A DNA stretch of 63,504 bases, filler included, from Fonticula-like sp. SCN 57-25 (taxonomy: Eukaryota): assembly GCA_001724245.1 (NCBI GenBank). It is 11 parts of 11 records of this genome, joined end to end, with 100 filler letters (N's around TTAATTAATTAA, not from the genome) between each part and the next. Parts side by side here need not be neighbours in the genome. Positions count along the whole stretch, not along the records: positions 22,957 to 28,246 come from MEDX01000598.1; positions 28,347 to 33,620 come from MEDX01000599.1; positions 33,721 to 38,990 come from MEDX01000600.1; 8 more parts are not named here. One strand, 5' to 3'. Shown here in pieces: positions 25,125-36,927 of the stretch (its first letter is position 1; each line of letters begins with the position of its first letter). The position numbers were made by a program, and so were the translations under genes. Under the pieces are notes generated by a model that did no database searches, was not told the origin of the DNA, and saw only the letters and a list, made by a program, of their open reading frames with translations.

Positions 25125-28015
25125 TTAGAGCGTGATGAGGATATCTTTCCTGTCGCTTCTGTAGAGCAGCTGCTTCTGTGCCTTGAACGCAGCGCTTTCC
25201 ACGAACGGAACAACGTCGTAGATGCCAAACTCCTTGGCCCTGGCGGCGAGGTCGTCCATCTTGATCGCGATCGTTTCGGGCATCTGCTGCGCGTGCTTGA
25301 GCAAGTGGTAGTTGATCTCCTCCTTTGCCATTGCGTTGAGCGCAAAGAGGAGCAGCTCGTAGTTGTCGCGCTTGTACGTCAGGTAGTGCGCAAAGACGCG
25401 CCTCATCTGCCGCATGACAGAGTACTTTTGGGCCGAGATGAAGCTCTCGAGACAGATGCGGATAGCCATATTGACGTCATCCTGCCTGACGAAATCGTCC
25501 AAACGAATACGCGCGTGCGCCTCGCTCATGCGAATCATGCTCTCAATGAGACGCACGGTGACCGGGATCGAGTCGCCCGACAAACTCTGCTGGCGGAGCT
25601 CGCTGTAGAGGCTGGCAAGGCGGTCGTCGTCCACCTGCTGCAACCGAGGGTGGCGGTTCTCGCGAGCGTACATGATGTACTTTTTTAGCAAGTCCTGCGG
25701 AATCACGTCCGGATCAGACACAATGTCGGGCACAATGTCGCGCGACGCCTGGAATTCGGGGTGATGGCGAATGTGGCTTCCAACGACAAACTCGGCGAGC
25801 ATCTCGTCCTGAAGCGGGTCCACAATGTCCTTGACGACGCAAAGTACATCTGCACAAAGTAGTGAGACAAAAGAAAAGGTCAAAAAGAGTCGAGATGCGT
25901 ACCGAAACGAGAAAGAATCGGCTCTGTGAGGTCGACGTTCCTTGAGAAAGGCAGCGACGCGTCGTACTTTCCCTTGACCGGGTTAGCGGCTGCGATGACT
26001 GCACAGCGCGCCTGCAGCGTCGTGACGATACCGGCCTTTGAAATTGAGATTGACTGCTGCTCCATGGCTTCGTGGATGGAAGTTCTGTCTGCGTCGTTCA
26101 TCTTGTCAAACTCATCAATGAGACAGACGCCCTTGTCGGCGAGGACGAGCGCGCCGCCCTCGAGCGTCCATTCCCTCGTGACGCTATCGCGGTGAACGCT
26201 CGCCGTGAGACCGACCGCGCTAGCACCCTGGCCGGTGGCGTAGATCGCCCTGTGCGACGTCTTCTCGACGTACTTTAGGAACTGACTCTTTGCGGTACCC
26301 GGGTCACCGAGGAGCAGCACGTTGATGTCACCCCTGATGCGGTGCTTGCCCTGCACGTCCTTTGCCTCGCCGCCAAAGAGCGACATTGCAATGGCCGTCT
26401 TGACGTCGCGGTGCCCGTAAATTGACGGCGCAATACTCTTGATGACCTTGGTGACAATGTTGGGATCGCGCGAGAGGCGCATGATCTCCTTGACGTCGTC
26501 GTCGGTGAGGCGGAAGGCGGCAAACTGGTCCTCGCGCTTGCTGATGCTGTTCGCCTCGATGATGGTGGCAAAGACGGGGAAGCCGTTCTTGGTGTTGAGC
26601 GCGCTGTCAAAGTTGTTGCGGTACACGCCAATGACCTCGATCTCCTCACCGGGGCGCGCCGCGTCGATCAGGTCGCGCAGGAGAATGACCTCCTTTTGGC
26701 GCGGGAGACGGCCCGCTGGCACTGTTCCGGGGCTCTCCTGCAGCGTCAGCTTCTGGTAGTTGCGGTACACCGTCTGGCTCGCGTTGATGCTGAACGGTCC
26801 CTTGCTCTGGCACTGCGGGCAGCTACCCACCTCGAGCTCGGACGACGTGTCCTGGTAGAACGGACCGAGCACAAACGAGCACTTGCCGCAGTCGTACTTG
26901 ACGTACTTGAGCTGAGGGAGCACGTTCGTGCGGCGCGTCACGACGCCGACAACGCGGACGAGGCAGTTGAGGTGGTTATGGCGGAGGTCGCGAAGAGAGT
27001 CGATCGAGGGGATGTCCGTGATGCGCACGTGAATCTCGCTGTGAATGCGACCATAATCGCTGAACATGGCGAGCGTGTTCTCCACGGCAACCTCGTCAAA
27101 GATAGCAAGCATCTCAATGGGAGCGTTGTTCAAAAACATGGTCAGGAGGCTGTTGCGGTGAGACAGGTGAACATAGCTCACTTCGAGCGATTCGCCGTTG
27201 CCTAGAGCGGAAAGAGAAAAGGGAAAGGAAAGGGAAACTTAGACAAGGAACACGCAAAGGTAAGTCAGCGTACGTTCGCACATGGCGCGGATGCGCATGG
27301 CGTATACGGGCTGACCCTCGTTGTCGAGATACGTTTGCAAAAAGTGCCTAAACTGGTTCTTGATCGCGTTTCGCGTGTTGGTGAGCGTGACCCACTCGCG
27401 CAGCGAGTGACCCTTCATGTCCTCAAGGTTGTCCACGGGCGCCTCCTGAATGGCGCGCTCGTCGAGATCCATGGCATCGGCATCGCGACCGGCCGCAACC
27501 CTCCGACGCCGGCGCAGGCGACCCGCCGCAGCCTCGTCCTCGCTCTCCTCGTCGTCCATAAAGGCCGCCGGAACGCGGCCCTGCGCGCGGGCGCGATCAC
27601 GCTTGCGCATGCGCAACTCTGCAGCGGCGCGCGCGGTCGGATCCATCGCGGCGTAATCCGTCTCATCAAGATCGCCGGCATCGTACGTGTCAAGTGCGGG
27701 CATCTCGCGGTAGTCGCGCTCGGCGCCCTCCAAAAGATCCTCGCCATCCTCCGCCTCCTCATCGTCAACGGGGATCTCATTCGGGTCGTAAGTCTCATCC
27801 TCAGAGCGAACGAGCGTGTCATCCTCAACGGCATCGTCATCCTCATCTCCGGAGCGATTGCCGTTGCTGCTGCCCGCGGCGGACGTCGTCGGGGGAGAGC
27901 TCGGCAGAGAGCTGCTCTCCGCAAAGCGACGGCGGGGAGGGGAGCTCTGCGATGCGAGTAAGCATCTTACAATTGACACATATCAAAAGGGAAAAAAGCA
28001 CAAGAAACGTACCAT
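25125..28015 (-). CDS. MCM2: DNA replication licensing factor MCM2
   Basis: Acidic N-terminus, Zn finger CGKC...[26 protein letters not shown] arginine finger. The first coding exon is only the ATG (28013-28015); 3 introns. Confidence 0.97.
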
Positions 28016-28148
28016 TTTAGAGAATACTCAAGGGACGCTTTTGACAAAACGTGAACTGACAAGGAACGTCCTTTACGCGCTCACTCTAAGCAGTCCACTC
28101 TGCAAACAAAGAAGGAAAGGGGTGGCCCGACGTCCGACAACCCGCCTG

Positions 28149-28211
28149 CACTCAAGCCAAAAGTGTTGATAGGAAAATCCAAATTTTGAGACGTACCGAA
28201 ACCGACTTTTT
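28149..28211 (+). repeat. 62-bp dispersed repeat, copy 2
   Basis: CACTCAAGCCAAAAGTGTTGATAGGAAAATCCAAATTTTGAGACGTACCGAAACCGACTTTTT. Confidence 0.9.
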
Positions 28212-28346
28212 CGAATCAAATCGTCGTCGCGATGCCGTCGACGATTNNNNNNNNNNNNNNNNNNNNNNNNNNNNNNNNNNNNNNNNNNNNTTAATTAATT
28301 AANNNNNNNNNNNNNNNNNNNNNNNNNNNNNNNNNNNNNNNNNNNN

Positions 28347-28589
28347 GCGGAGAAGTGCCAGCGCGCAGGCGACGCTCAGAGGCGAGACAAAGCCATTGCT
28401 CTGCGAGGGAAGCGCATGATTGGCAAACGACAGGCTAAAGTTTAAGAGACTCATGTCGGAAAGAGATGGCAGTGTTGATGCGTCGCGACTGGAAAGAGTG
28501 TCGGGAAAGACTAAAGGTGAGGTGTACGCGACAAAGAGCGCGACAAGGAAGGCAAGAAAAGATGTCGCTGCCAACAAACCTCGCCACAT
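28347..28589 (-). CDS. Serpin N-terminus with a signal/anchor peptide; 3' truncated
   Basis: Hydrophobic leader, then NFSLSFA...NGFVSPLSVACALALL, matching the serpin N-x-x-x-SP-x-S-(I/V)-x-x-AL motif. Confidence 0.65.
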
Positions 28590-29586
28590 GAAAAGGGCAG
28601 TCGCCAACAAACGAAACAATCGTGATGACGTCAACTATTTAAGGCACTGTGGGAATGTACCTAATACGGCCCAGCCAAGAACATGAGCTTGATGATGACT
28701 GTAGAGCATAATGTATAGGCTGTTGTCACACTGGTCCATGATAGTTCGTGGACATACGGCATCGCTGCAGCAACATCTTTTGATTTACGCGGAACCGAAA
28801 TCAGTCAACGCGGCCGACCGACCACATGTGGCGACAGGATGGCTACGGCCATAATTATCTTTCAAGTAGCAAAAGGCAATAATTATGGTGCTTTATTCGG
28901 CCGCATGGACAAAGAAAGGCAACTCACTATAAGGATCTTCTTCCGCATCAAACACAGACACATGGTCAATGGCCTCATGGAATGGCGCACGTGTACCATG
29001 CTGATCCTAAACTGCACTGCACATGGACTCGTATTGACTGACACACGACACGTGCATCCACATCGTGCACCTGCTCAGATTAGATTGGCCACACAACGGA
29101 TGTACCCACAGCATCGCCAACACACACCTAGCCTCTCTTCAAACACCTCTTCTACTACTTCACTCTCCTCTAGTTTTCATTTGATTTTCATAAAAAGGGT
29201 AACCAGTCAGACTGCGAATCGCTCCTGCCGCGTCTCCAAAGGAGAACACGGCAACGTTCATCAATGGCGGCGCGCATATTCGAACCGACTGATTCGAGCA
29301 GCGCCGCCGGGCTTCGCGCTCAGAGCAACACGCTTCACAATCCTCCTCCTGGTTGGATGCTGCGTCTGGTTTGGGAAACCAAGACAGGACACATACTATA
29401 GAACTGATCCCTAGAGTACGGTCGACTAAAGAAAAAGTGAGAGTGGCATCCGAGTTGATAAAGGTCGAAAATGAGCAATCGAATTGTGGGATCCATTTTG
29501 ATTGAGAATGATGTCTGATTTGGCTGATTTTGGATGATTTTGGCTGATTTGTGCTTGCTCGTTTCCCGCCACGGCAGCAGAGAGGC

Positions 29587-31074
29587 ATGGCGGCGCAGCA
29601 GGGGCTCTCGTTTGGCTCGTTTTCGAGTGAGGAGGCGGCGAGTATACGTGGACAATATAATAGTCTCAGTGGGACGTCTGTCGTTTTGCCGGCGCGCCCT
29701 TTACTTTCCAATGCTACTGTCGCTCCACCAACACCCACGTCGTCGACGCCAATGAGCTGGGCGGCTCGACTTTCCAAGGGATTGCCATCTCGCCCGCCGC
29801 CTTCTTCACCGGCGCGCGCCCCTGTTTCCTCAGAAGACGCCCTTTCGATTCTTGATGCCGCGGCCTCGGCCCCCCTTTCGTCATCGCCACTGCTGATTCC
29901 CCGCGGCCTCGTCAACACGGGCAACATGTGCTTTATGCATGCGATCCTGCAGCCGCTCATCTTTTGCCCTCCCTTTTCCGCTCTTCTCCGCCGCCTTGAC
30001 GCGCACCAGCTCGAGCAGCTCGGCCGCACGCCCCTTCTCACGACACTCGCCTGGTTCGCCCGCGAGTTTTCCGAGATCCCCGACTTGGCCACGTGGCGAA
30101 GCACGCCATTGCGTGATCGCGTCGGCGCATCGCTGACGCCGCACGCCGTCCACGAGGCCGTGCGCCGCGCCCGCGGCGACGTTGCCGTCGGCGGTCGCCA
30201 GGAGGACGCCGAAGAGTTTCTCGGCTTCATCCTGGCGATCCTGCAGGATGAAGTGGCCAAGGCGCGCCCATCGGCATCCAATGGATCCGACGCGCGCGAC
30301 ACCGCCTCGAGTGGCGACTGGGTGGCCGTCGGCAAGCGCAACCGGCTCGCCGTCACGCGCGACGTTGACGAGCGCGTCGATGCGTCGCCCATCTTTTCTA
30401 TTTTTGGCGGGAAACTGTCGTCGGTCGTAAAGTCAAGAGGCAAACCGTCCGTCACTTTGCAGCCTTTTTTCGTCCTTCCACTCGACATTTCCGTACGTAA
30501 TGACACTAAATTTGCCTAAATTTACGTACATTTGACGCTTTCTTTGCTGACTGTGCATTAGGTGGACGGCGTGCGCTCATTGGCGGGCGCGCTCGAGTCG
30601 GTCGCGGCGGCCGAATCGATCGAGGGCTTTGTCGATGCGAAAAGTGGCGTGGCGGTGGACGCCACCAAGACGACTTTAATTGAAAGGCTGCCGCACGTGC
30701 TCATACTGCAGCTGAAGCGGTTTGTTTATGACCCGAGCGGCGGCGTACGAAAGGTCTTCAAGCCAATTTCATACCCGATCAACCTCGACATTCAGCATCG
30801 TGCGTGATCCCGTGGCCGACATCTCATACTGAATTTTGTGGTAGATTTACTTTCGGCGTCGTGCGACGCCACGAGGACGGCGTACCGGCTCGCCGCTGTC
30901 GTGTACCATCACGGGGCGCATGCGCAGGGCGGGCACTACACGTGCGATGTGTGGCATCCGGCGGGGGAATGGCTGCGGATGGACGATGAGAATATTTTGA
31001 CTATTACGGAAAGGCAGGTGACCGACGCAAAGAGCGATAGGGAACCGTATTTGTTATTCTATCAAATTGTATGA
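29587..31074 (+). CDS. USP10: USP10/Ubp3-like deubiquitinase
   Basis: PRGLVNTGNMCFMHAILQPLIFCPPF, GRQEDAEEFL, LQPFFVLPLDI, VLILQLKRFVY, VYHHGAHAQGGHYTCDV. Introns ~30493-30561 and ~30800-30844. Confidence 0.9.
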
Positions 31075-31535
31075 TTTAATGAATATTTAGAGAAGCGTCG
31101 AGATGAAGTTAATGGTGCAGATGGGGCAGTTGAAAATGAGAAGGTGGAAATCAAAGTGATCCATAGAAAGTGAAACATAGCAAAACATGAATAAAGCCAT
31201 GTGTTGATGCTGCGCATTGTCTCTTTCGCGCTCTCTGGCGTGATCCATAGCTAGATGCACGACAGCAAAGTGATCACTGATGCTCATGATTCCCGCATGC
31301 TGATGGGCATCGTTACGGATCGCTGTGAATCATGACTTTACCGTGTTCAGCACTTTCCTTAATGCCTCCTACCCAGCAACATGCCCACACTACACTTTCC
31401 TCGTGGCCATTCCCGGCCATCGACCTTCCCGCCACAACGCTGACATGCGTGTTCCAATCAAAGTGCATCCCACAATTCTTCCCGCCCAAATCGACATCAA
31501 AATCACTTTGCACAATGCGCAGTCACACTTTAGTC

Positions 31536-31671
31536 TGCCTTAAACCAATGAGTAAGGAAAAAACCGCGGTTGGTTAGCGCCGGTCGCAATATAAACATAC
31601 TCTTAATTTTTGCGGGCAAATAGGCCGGCCGTGCGCCGCTGGGACCGCCTCTTTGCGGACCCGGCGGCCCG
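31536..31671 (+). ncRNA. U12: U12 minor-spliceosomal snRNA
   Basis: 5' TGCCTTAAACcaATGAGTAAGGAAAA matches the U12 consensus, including the branch-recognition GUAAGGA. Hairpin GCGGTTGG-ttagcg-CCGGTCGC. Sm site AATTTTTG (31605-31612). 3' stem CGGGC...GCCCG with apical CCGC-CTCTTT-GCGG. Confidence 0.92.
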
Positions 31672-31921
31672 AATATGCTGGTCTCCCATTCTAAATATGA
31701 CAAAGTAATCAAGGAAAACAGATTGACATGAGCATGTTATGTGTCTCATTTGAGTCACATTTGAGCTGCCAAAGTACCCATAAAGTAAACATATTAGGTA
31801 TGGTCACATGAATATAGTACATAAAATTATGGTTTCAGGTGATGAAATGGACACCATTTGTATCAATATCTATGTATCAATAATGTACTATTATTACAAT
31901 GTTACTACAATAATATCTATT

Positions 31922-33620
31922 TTACTGCTGCCTAATCTCAAAAAGAGAGACTCGCGTCTCATCGCACACACCCAAAAACCGCCCATTCCTATTCTCAAAT
32001 GCTCGCAACTGACTCACGCCCTGCCCCTCAAGCGGCATCTCGACCGTCGCCGCCGCCGCCGCGATGCCGCTCACCACGACACATCCCCTTGCCTCATCGA
32101 CTGTCGCGAGCATCGCGCCCTCACCAGCCAATGAAAAGAGCGCATTTCTCACTTGCCGCTGCTGAGTCGCCGCGCCGCCGCCAAACTCGCGAACGATCGC
32201 CGATCGGCCACCGGGGATGCTGCGCGCGATCACGTGGGTAGGTACGGCGCCGCGAAAGGATGCGACAAAGAGGCCGGCATCGGCATCGCACGCGAGCGAT
32301 GTGCACGTGGCCCCCGCCGTGCGGTCTTCGGGGACGATCGGGGTCACCGGACACGTGGCCGTTGGGTTCCAGAGGTAGCAGCTCTGGAGGGTGGTGACGA
32401 GCAGCGGCGCATGGCCGGCATCGGAAGCATCATCGTCAGAGACATGGTCACGTGAAATGTCTTCGTTGTCACGTGAGGTGTCGTCACGTGAATTGAAGTC
32501 ACGTGCTGCATCTTGACCTTCACCCTCTATGACATTGTCCTGATCCTGATGATGGCGCGGGCGCTGGACGGGATCGGGCAGGGGCGCGATGGCCGAGATG
32601 GGCATCTGCCGCGAACCAAACCCCACGTGGCGTGACACGTAAGCACGCGTTTGGCGAATGTCGTAAATGTGAACGGCGCTGTTGTTGAGGCCGGCGGCAA
32701 AGAGAAAGGGCGCGTGTGGCAGCCATGTGACAGCGTTGGCGGCGATGTCGAGGCCGTAGGTCTGCACGACCGTCTCACTGCGCATGCTGGTGAGCTTGCA
32801 GGTGCGGTCGAGGGAGGCAGAGAGGACGAGAGAGTCGCCGCGAGGGCTGAACTGAAGATCGCGAAGACGTTTTTCGTGAATCATGATGCTCGATGTCGAC
32901 GATGCCGATGGGCGATCAATAAGGCTGCATTTGAGGATGCCAGAGGCGCCAGTTTGGGGCGTTTCGAGCGCGGCCGCGAGAAGAAGAGAACTCTTTTCAA
33001 CGTCAAAGATGCGCGTGCGGCGACCGGCGGGGACAGTGAACCGACCGTAAGGTTCAAGAGAAAAAGGCATCCCGGTCGACAGATCCCGCGCGGGATCAGA
33101 TTCGGATGACATGCCCGGAAGCAATCGCGCGCGTAAAAGAGCGCGCTGCGTAACAGAAATTTCTTCGCGAAGCCGCGCGTTCTCTGAAGACAAGAGCCGA
33201 ACTTGCAGCATCAGCTGCGACTCGCGCGCATGCCGCGATGCCCGCTCCGATGCCAGCTGCGCGGCAAGCTGATCCCGATCACCGCCATCCTTGGCGATGA
33301 TTACGCGAGGCACAATCGCGCGAATGTCCTTGGAGGAAGCGCGCGCATTGCAGTCGGGGCAGCGCTGCTTGTCGCCCAGCCAGCGCGCAATGCACGATCG
33401 GCCAAAGAGATGCCCGCAGGAAAGGGAGACAAGCCGATGATCCCCGCAATTCGTCCACGACTCGAAACAAATATTACACGTCGTCATCTGAAAAAACACG
33501 TATTTAGCTTTATTATTGACATAAAAGAGCGAAGAAAAACACAATAGGCGCCACGCGTACGTCATCGAGATCGACCTCTTCTTCCGGCAGCGGCCGCTTT
33601 CGCTCCTCGCCACCAACACG
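31922..33620 (-). CDS. RFWD3: RING-WD40 E3 ligase, RFWD3-like; 5' truncated
   Basis: CNICFESWTNCGDHRLVSLSCGHLFGRSCIARWL...CPDC, a coiled coil, then WD40 repeats (LRDLQFSP...LSASLDRT, FAAGLNN). Confidence 0.9.
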
Positions 33621-33721
33621 NNNNNNNNNNNNNNNNNNNNNNNNNNNNNNNNNNNNNNNNNNNNTTAATTAATTAANNNNNNNNNNNNNNNNNNNNNNNN
33701 NNNNNNNNNNNNNNNNNNNNT

Positions 33722-33856
33722 GAGCGCTTTGAACAAATGCAGGCGGTGACGCTGACGCACCAGATGATGATGATCGGGCGTGCGCAGCGGCGCTTGATCG
33801 AGGAGGCCGAGATGCGGGCGCAGTGGGCGGCCATGGGGATCAGAACTGATGAGTGA
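33722..33856 (+). CDS. 3' end of an unidentified gene
   Basis: GC-rich open frame ERFEQMQ...MGIRTDE* followed by an AT-rich 3' UTR. Confidence 0.4.
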   Translation, partial: ERFEQMQAVTLTHQMMMIGRAQRRLIEEAEMRAQWAAMGIRTDE

Positions 33857-34113
33857 TTATATATTGTACTGCTGCATATTCTGCTATAATTTGCTGTATT
33901 TACTGCTGTATATATTGCTGTATCACATTGTAGTATGGTTTGCATGTGTTTATTGAATGTCCTTTAGTATTCCTTTGTGTGCGAATTGATCTGAAAATGG
34001 TCATTTTCGCTGATGTTGCATCTTGTATCATATGACAATGAACAATGAATGCTGCACTATGACAGTTAAATAATAATTATTATAATACACAAAAAGCATC
34101 AAAATGTACATTA

Positions 34114-35531
34114 TTACGAGTACCGCCACTGACCCGCCCACCGCCACACCCTCACCGAGCTATCCCCCACAACCTTCTCTTCCTCCTCCTCGCTGTCGCT
34201 GTCATACCCAACCGAACCAACCCGCCTCGTCCCCGAGCATGTGGCCAGCAGCGGGAGCGTCGGGTGCGCGCTGGCCGCCGTTACGGGGTCGCCGTGCGCC
34301 TTGAAGGCAGCAAGGGGGGAGCCGTCGCGGCCGCCGTACGCGCGCAAAACACCGTCATGGTCGCCTGCAAACACAATTCCAGCTTGCATGGTGTGTGCAA
34401 ACTGGTCTTGAGTTTGCGTCGCTACTTCGCCATGAGCTGCAAGATCGCCTTGAGAAGTGGCTGCTTGAGTTTGCGTATTGGCTGCGCTCTCTGCTTGCGT
34501 ATTTGTCTCACTCTGACCTTCGGCAAACTGGCCCCCAGTTTGCACCGTCGAGCGAACGCTTGCAATCATATTTGTGGCGATATCAAAGAGAAGGCGCTGG
34601 TTATTGGCGCACGCGCGCGGGAGGAACGCGATGGGCGCCTGCGTGTCGCGAATGTCCCAAAGGCAGAGATGGTTGTCGCGCCGCCCGCCCGAGATGAGCG
34701 TGTGCTCATCCAGAAAGGCGAGGTGTGTTACGCCGCCTACGTGGGCGCCAAAAATGGCCAATGGCTGGGAGACCTCGTCGTGCTCGGATGCATAGATGCC
34801 GATGCACTTACTGAATGATCCCGCGGCAAAGATGGCGCCGGATGGCGAAAAGGCGATCGCGCTGATGATCCCCTTGAGGCCGTCGCGGCTGCCGCGCGAG
34901 GGCGTCGTCGGCATTGACAAAAAGTCGCGGCCGGGGCGCGTCACATCAAACACGCGCACAAGATTCTCATGCCCGCAGTAGAGGTCACGGCCGCCGGGGG
35001 CCATCGACAGGCATAGCGGCGCGGCAATGTCATCGTACGGCGTCGAAGAACAGAACGTAGACACGCACGTCGGAAGGGACAGATCAAAGAGCTGGATCGG
35101 GTGATCGCGGCTGCTGGTCAGAAAGCGATCTGCAATACGTTTAGCGGGGATCACGGCGATGGCTTGCAGCGTACCTGAAGTGAGCCAGATGGCATCGTAG
35201 ACAGACTCGCCATGCGGATAGCGATGCATCACGGTCAGCGGGACAGGCTCCATAGACGACATGGCAAGAGAAGTGTCTCTGCGATCACGGTGTGAGTGGC
35301 AAGATCCCTGCATTGTTCCACGCACAGTGACATGATGCGGACGACATTGTCCTCTGACACGCACAAGAGGCGAGTGCCATCAGGCGACCACTTTACGCTC
35401 CGAAACACGTTCCCTGTGCCGCCCTCCGCCTCCGCGTGCGACATGAGCGTCGGCGGGTGCGACCAGTCCGGCTCAAAGACATAGGCGACCGTCGCAGCGG
35501 CCGGCGCCGCCTCGATCTCGCCGTCCTCCAT
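34114..35531 (-). CDS. WRAP53: Telomerase Cajal body protein TCAB1/WRAP53 (WD40)
   Basis: FRSVKWSPDGTRLL, GESVYD..W, FLTSSRDHPIQLFD, RVFDVTRPGRD, HVGGVTHL, HPTLPLLATCSGTR. Confidence 0.9.
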
Positions 35532-35711
35532 CGACTGATCTTTTCTGATTTCCTCTGATTGCTGACTGATTTGTTGTCGTCGGTCAGCGTCGTTTTGGTA
35601 TGTCAGCGTCGTGTTAGGTCGGTCAGCGTCGGTTTGGGTTGGTTATAATCTCGATAAAAACCTTCCAGATGCTTCGAAAAGTTGCATTCAGTTTTGTACC
35701 ACGTCGGCATC

Positions 35712-36720
35712 ATGTCTCGCCGCACCCTTTACGTGAGCGGGTTTGGACCCGAAATTCGCCAGGACGATCTCCGCTATGAGTTTTCTCGGTACGTTTATTA
35801 GGGAGCGCCTTTCTGTCGACCGACCGCACTTCTCGATAGGGCGGGCCTCGGCATCTCTCGTTTGTCGCGACATCATCGACTGACGCGCTGTTGCTTGGTA
35901 TGTTTATTTTTATCTTTTACCTACGTCGTTCTTCGTCGTTTTCTTGCTTCTTCTTTGGAATGAATATTTAATATTTATCTGCTTTGCTGCGTCTTTTTGT
36001 TCCTGTTCAGCTACGGCCGCCTGGAACGCTGCGACCTTCTCTACTCGAAGCGGGTAGCATTCATCGAGTTTGACGATGAGCGCGATGCCGAGGACGCCAA
36101 GTACGACATGGACGACCGCCGGCTCGGCGGCTCCTACATTGTGGTAGAGTGGGCCAAGCATCGGCCCAGCTCATCATGGAGATACGGCGGACGGTACGCG
36201 ATCTTTTTTTGCGCGGGAAACTTGCGCGGGAAAGTATGACTAACATGATGCCGCCAGGGATTCGAGGGATGATCGCTACTACGACCGCGATTACGACCGC
36301 AGGGATCGCCGCTACGACGACCGCGACTATGACCGCTACGACGACCGCGACTATGACCGTCGGGATGACCGCGACTATGACCGTCGGGATGACCGCGATT
36401 ACGACCGTCGGGATGACCGCGACTATGACCGTGACGACCGCCGGGATCGCCGCGATGACGACCGCCGCGATGACGACCGCCGCGATGACGACCGCCGCGA
36501 TGACGACAAGGATCGCCGGGACGATGACCGGGATCGTCGCGACGATGACCGCCGTGATGACCACAAGAAAGATGACGGTGACCGCCGCAGTGACGATGAC
36601 CGCAAGAACGATGACGGCGATCGCAAGAATGATGACGGCCGTGATGAAGGCCGTGATGATGCCAAGCCTCAAGATGACGCACATCAGGCCGAATCAGCGC
36701 CGACATCCGCCTCGGCCTGA
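35712..36720 (+). CDS. srp1: SR-family splicing factor (S. pombe Srp1-like RRM) with an RD/RDY-rich tail
   Basis: MSRRTLYVSGF...LRYEFSR|YGRLERCDL...AFIEFDDERDAEDA...IVVEWAK. Introns 35789-36010 and 36194-36257. Confidence 0.85.
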
Positions 36721-36927
36721 TCACATTCACTTTGCATTCACTTTTTCTTTTCATTCCCCTTTTCCCTTTAATAAACATGCAATACTAAATCGTTTCCCTC
36801 CATTCATATTTACAATGAGCGATAGAGAAATCAACTTGCGCCGAGCGCAAACAAGGGCGGCGCGTCTAGAGGAACCAACAAATCAAATAATTGCGGCCGC
36901 AGAGAATAAAAGAAAAGAGAAAGGGTA

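Noticed and set aside
28700-29500. 191-aa ORF and box C-like ATGATGA upstream of USP10
   Set aside because: No recognisable motifs, atypical codon usage and no box D. Neither a CDS nor a snoRNA could be supported.
29160-30506. 448-aa antisense ORF, and similar long antisense ORFs over TBC1D5, NAA25, MFS and PHO8
   Set aside because: Expected shadows of GC-rich coding sequence; they carry no motifs of their own.
31489-31500. AATCGACATCAA just upstream of U12, resembling U11 stem-loop III
   Set aside because: There is no U11 5' AAAAAGGGC, no following Sm site and no convincing stem. An Rfam U11 search would settle it.
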